Origin: Promethearchaeota archaeon
GTDB lineage: Archaea; Asgardarchaeota; Lokiarchaeia; Sigyniarchaeales; SOKP01
DNA length: 64,000 nt
Assembly (NCBI GenBank): GCA_048937405.1
Contig: JBHLNF010000008.1
Coordinates: 1-64,000, forward strand
Direction of reading: 5' to 3'
Shown: piece after piece, positions 60,269 through 64,000 of the stretch
How positions within the stretch are numbered: the stretch's first letter is position 1
How the letters are laid out: every line of letters starts with the position of its first letter
Notes under the pieces: generated by a model
Databases searched by the model: none
The model's input: only the letters and a program-made list of their open reading frames with translations
What the model was told of the DNA's origin: nothing
Position numbers and translations under genes: made by a program

Positions 60269-61456
60269 ATGAAAAGAGATCCTGTTGCTTTTCTTAAAGA
60301 AGAAATGACAGAATTAAAAAAAAATAATCTTGAATGGATTATTAGATATCTCGAACAAGGTTCTAAACCACATTCTGTAGTAGATGGTAAAAAAGTCTTA
60401 ATGCTTAATACTAATAATTATCTTGGCTTAGCAACTCATCAAAAAGTAATTCAAGCGGCAATTGATGCTACAAAAAAATATGGTGCTGGAGCAGGAGCAG
60501 TCCCTGTAATTGCGGGATCTTTTGATTTAACTAGGCAATTTGAACAAAAATTCGCTGAATTTAAGGAAGTTGAGGCATCTATTCTATGTCAAACTGGATT
60601 TGCTGTTAATTCAGGACTAATTCCCATGTTAGTTGGGAAACCAGATATTGTCGTATCAGATGAATTAAATCATGGTTCAATTATAGATGGAGTTAGATTA
60701 TCTGGAGCCAAAAGAATTATTTATAAACATTGTGATGTTGGAGATTTAGAAAGACAATTAAAAGAAGCTGAAAAAGAGGGAGCTAGAAGAATTTGTATCA
60801 TTACGGATGGAGTTTTTAGTATGGATGGAGATATAACGCCATTAGATAAAATTGCAAATATAGCGGAAGATTTTGGAGCGATGATCTTCGTTGATGACTG
60901 TCATGGTGAGGGTGTTCTTGGTAACGGTCGAGGAATTGTAGCTCACTTTAATCTCCAAGGAAAAGTTCATGTAGAAGGGGGGTCAATGAGTAAAGGATTT
61001 GGAGTATTTGGAGGAACTGTTGCAGGTTCAAAAGATTTAATTGAATTTTGTGCAAATAAGAGTCGAACCTATCTTCTTAGTACAGCTCACCCACCAGGAG
61101 TTGTTGCAGCCAATAAAGCCTCTATTGAAGTAGTTGAGAGTGAACCTGAGCATGTTAAAACTCTTTGGGAACTTACAAATTATTTTAAAAAAGAAGTTCA
61201 AAATATGGGTTATAATACTGGCAATTCAGCTACGCCTATTATACCTTTAATTATTGGTGATCCTGGAAAGGCTCAAGAATTAGCACGAGTACTTTTTGAG
61301 GAAGAAAATATTTATGGAACACCTATCGTATTTCCAATGGTAGCTAGGGAACTATCAAGAATTAGGGTCCAAATGAATGCCTTATTAACTAAAGAAGATT
61401 TAACAATGGCATTAAGTGCAATAGAAAAAGTAGGAAAAAAATTGGCTATAATATAA
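60269..61456 (+). CDS. kbl: Glycine C-acetyltransferase (2-amino-3-ketobutyrate CoA ligase)
   Basis: NNYLGLA, SDELNHGSIIDG, DGVFSMDGD, DDCHG, PLP-lysine SMSK, RIRVQ; adjacent to tdh. Confidence 0.88.
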   Translation: MKRDPVAFLKEEMTELKKNNLEWIIRYLEQGSKPHSVVDGKKVLMLNTNNYLGLATHQKVIQAAIDATKKYGAGAGAVPVIAGSFDLTRQFEQKFAEFKEVEASILCQTGFAVNSGLIPMLVGKPDIVVSDELNHGSIIDGVRLSGAKRIIYKHCDVGDLERQLKEAEKEGARRICIITDGVFSMDGDITPLDKIANIAEDFGAMIFVDDCHGEGVLGNGRGIVAHFNLQGKVHVEGGSMSKGFGVFGGTVAGSKDLIEFCANKSRTYLLSTAHPPGVVAANKASIEVVESEPEHVKTLWELTNYFKKEVQNMGYNTGNSATPIIPLIIGDPGKAQELARVLFEEENIYGTPIVFPMVARELSRIRVQMNALLTKEDLTMALSAIEKVGKKLAII

Positions 61457-61663
61457 ATTTCCTTTTTATTTAATTTAACCTATTCATCATATTTTTCTTA
61501 TTAGATTTTTATTTTTTTAAAATTTTGATTATCTTTAATTTATTAAATATAGTAATCTGAGATAAATTATGTATATAATAAATTTTATAAAATGAATTAT
61601 CTTAATTTCATGTAAATCCAAGTAAAAAAATTTTTAATAATTTTATTAGAAGGGATAATTTCT

Positions 61664-62983
61664 TTGAAAAAACAAATAATACTAAGCCTGATATTAAGTA
61701 TTATTTTTTTTAATTTTTCTATTTTTACAATTGAGTGTTGGTCATTACCAGAAGGTACATTTGAAGAAGAATTAGGAACTTATGATTGGTATTCTATTTG
61801 GCCATATTCAGATATGCATAGATGCTATGATATGGTATTAGATTCTTATAATAACATCTATTTAACTGGTACTATTTTTCCATACACTTCTGGTTCTTCT
61901 TGTGATATGGTTTTAGTTAAATATCATAATGATCGTGCTTCTCAATCTTCTGTGGTTTGGGATTCTAAAGGTGATGATTTTTCTTACGCATTGGCTCTAG
62001 ATTCTTCAGAAAATATATATCTAGCAGGAATATCAGGATATTATAGTAAAAATAATTATACATTAGTAAAATTTGATAAAGATTTGGATTTTCAGTGGAA
62101 TAGAACTTGGGGATTATTTGAAGATAATGATTGTAAAGATATTGCAATAGATTCCAATGATAATATCTATCTTGCAGGAAATATAAAACAAAAAGATCGT
62201 CCTACTGATATTTGTGTAGTAAAATATAATAAATTAGGACAATTCCAATGGTTTAAAACTTGGGGGTTTTCTTTTAATGATTATTGTAATGCAATTGCAA
62301 TAGATTCGTCAGATAATATCTATCTCGCAGGAGCAATATATAAAAGTAATTATTATGATACAACGGATCTGTGTTTGTTAAAATATAATAGTTCTGGCGA
62401 TTTACAATGGTCTAAAGTGTGGGGTAATTCTATGGACTTTTTAAGTTTAGGAATAGAATTAGATTCAAAGGAAAATATATTTGTGATGGGTGAAGCTCAT
62501 GCTCATTCTACTGCTCGTACAGATGCATACATAGTAAAATTTAATAACACTGGTGATTTTCAATGGAATATAACTTTTTCTGGTATATATTCTACTTATT
62601 GTTCAGATATAGCTGTTGATACTTTCGATAATATCTATATAGCTGGTTTATATATGCGTCCTAAGAGTAGTGGTGAAAGTGCTTGTGTTATTAAGTATGA
62701 TAATAATGGCAATCTTCAGTGGTATGAAGTGTGGGGCGAACCTCATATTACATATTGTAGAGCAATATCATTAGATAATATGGAAAATATTTTAATTGCA
62801 GGAGATATTTCTGCATATGAATATGAAATAGAAGGCATGTTTGTTGTTCAAAATCCTAAAACCAAAGATAGAACAAAAAGTATTTCATCTTTTCCTATTA
62901 TTCAAATAATATTTTTTATATCAATAGGATCTCTGATTTTAATGCTAAATAAAATCAAAATTAAAAAAAAAGAGACAAACTAA
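61664..62983 (+). CDS. Secreted SBBP-type beta-propeller surface protein with C-terminal TM anchor
   Basis: Signal peptide; about 7 repeats of IAIDSxDNIYLAG...KY(N/D)xxGxxQWxxxWG; ISSFP + TM + KKK. Confidence 0.88.
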   Translation: MKKQIILSLILSIIFFNFSIFTIECWSLPEGTFEEELGTYDWYSIWPYSDMHRCYDMVLDSYNNIYLTGTIFPYTSGSSCDMVLVKYHNDRASQSSVVWDSKGDDFSYALALDSSENIYLAGISGYYSKNNYTLVKFDKDLDFQWNRTWGLFEDNDCKDIAIDSNDNIYLAGNIKQKDRPTDICVVKYNKLGQFQWFKTWGFSFNDYCNAIAIDSSDNIYLAGAIYKSNYYDTTDLCLLKYNSSGDLQWSKVWGNSMDFLSLGIELDSKENIFVMGEAHAHSTARTDAYIVKFNNTGDFQWNITFSGIYSTYCSDIAVDTFDNIYIAGLYMRPKSSGESACVIKYDNNGNLQWYEVWGEPHITYCRAISLDNMENILIAGDISAYEYEIEGMFVVQNPKTKDRTKSISSFPIIQIIFFISIGSLILMLNKIKIKKKETN

Positions 62984-62991
62984 TTTTTTAG

Positions 62992-63576
62992 TTATAATGG
63001 CTTACATAATATTGCTTTTACTCGCAAAGATTTAAATTCACTTGTAGGTGCGGGTTTTATTAAACATACAGTATCTGCTCCTCTCCCTGTTCCTCCTACA
63101 GCAATAATATCTCTATCTATATCAGGAATTAAACCTGCATCAACAACGGTACTTGAAATTTCTATACAAACTTTTACGCCTTGACTAAATTGCCATCCTA
63201 ACATCTTAGCTAGCATATCTACAAAAATCCATGCCTCTCTATTTATTCGCAAGCCTCTTTCAATACCACTCATAGCATGAGTACCAATATGAAATTTTAC
63301 CCCTTTATTTTTCAATTCTTTTATTTTTTCTTCTGAGAATTCTTGTCGAGTATTTCTATTGACGAAATAATAACAATGAGTAATAATTACAACATTATAC
63401 TCATTTGGATTAAAAATTTGAGATGCCTTTTCAGCTACTGTTCCAGTAGTGCTTGCTAAAACAATATCTTTAATATTGAATTGATCGGCATATTTCTTAG
63501 CAATCTCCAATGCCTTATCTGTATTATGGACCCCTGCTTTTTCAAAATAAGTGACTTCAAGATTTAAATCTGTCAT
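62992..63576 (-). CDS. Pyruvate-kinase C-terminal alpha/beta domain protein (stand-alone archaeal family)
   Basis: YFEKAGVHNT, VLASTTG, THAMSG, SQGVKVCIEI..DAG, GGTGRGADT. Confidence 0.85.
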   Translation of the reverse strand: MTDLNLEVTYFEKAGVHNTDKALEIAKKYADQFNIKDIVLASTTGTVAEKASQIFNPNEYNVVIITHCYYFVNRNTRQEFSEEKIKELKNKGVKFHIGTHAMSGIERGLRINREAWIFVDMLAKMLGWQFSQGVKVCIEISSTVVDAGLIPDIDRDIIAVGGTGRGADTVCLIKPAPTSEFKSLRVKAILCKPL

Positions 63577-63851
63577 ATTACATCAGTCTTTAAATTTATT
63601 ATTTAAACTATTATTTTATTATTAGGATATATTATGAAACAAATTAAATGAATATTATTTAGCTTATACTGTTTCTGAAAAGAATCAATATTCAGATTTC
63701 TTCTTATTTAATAAAGAAGAAGTACGAATTTCTGTTATAGATTTTTTAAAGATTTTTAATTTCAAGATTTATTAAATATGAAACTAATAAGAGTTAATTT
63801 TTCTATCATAAATGCTAATATATAAAAAAAAAAACAAAAAAAAGAAAGTTA

Positions 63852-64000
63852 TTAATTTACTTTTGATTCTATGACTAATTTCTTCTCTTTTTTCATTTCA
63901 TCATTTAAAGAATCATCAATTCCCGCTATTCTTTTTACCATAGCCTTTCTAGATTCAATGTCATATTGAGTCGTAATTGCTATATTCTCCATAATTGGGC
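63852..64000 (-). CDS. 3' end of a gene starting beyond the window
   Basis: Open frame ...PIMENIAITTQYDIESRKAMVKRIAGIDDSLNDEMKKEKKLVIESKVN*. Confidence 0.6.
   Translation of the reverse strand, partial: PIMENIAITTQYDIESRKAMVKRIAGIDDSLNDEMKKEKKLVIESKVN

Noticed and set aside
2121-62147. Many short ORFs antisense to or nested in long genes (e.g. 3968-4210, 4400-4807, 15677-16045, 31221-31481, 32237-32680, 54340-54663, 58773-59117)
   Set aside because: They overlap well-supported genes and have no motifs; typical shadow ORFs
1-64000. Genome-wide reassignment of TGA or TAG
   Set aside because: TGA ends apparently complete genes (758, 28877, 41987, 55125) and TAG ends the gene at 28901; the interrupted sites imply different residues

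Overview
AT-rich, gene-dense archaeal chromosomal window with no rRNA, tRNA, CRISPR array or transposase detected by eye. Several features point to Asgard archaea, most likely Lokiarchaeia (inference): an actin-related protein, two TFB paralogues, a Loki-CTERM-type IPGY-TM-basic surface protein, expanded acyl-CoA ligases, AOR, a 7-PAS histidine kinase and GGTGA-type ribosome-binding sites. Most content is housekeeping or metabolic (ABC transporter, acyl-CoA ligases, purD, topoisomerase IA, nfo, aor, tdh/kbl, HDAC, MFS). The best candidate for an undescribed system is the co-oriented minus-strand cluster at 16.4-18.9 kb. It encodes a protein with a coiled coil, Pro-rich repeats and a WH2/VASP-like tail (architecture of a eukaryotic actin nucleation or elongation factor), a divergent actin-related protein, and a small winged-helix protein. 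Divergent from it is an unannotated ORF with an in-frame TAG. Other highlights: two tandem P-type ATPases with a P2 scaffold but a flippase-like PINL motif instead of PEGL; a TMEM62-like metallophosphoesterase; a higher-GC esterase/SnoaL insertion behind a duplicated promoter and flanked by duplicated SET genes; and several in-frame stop codons. All family calls come from recalled motifs, not database searches.
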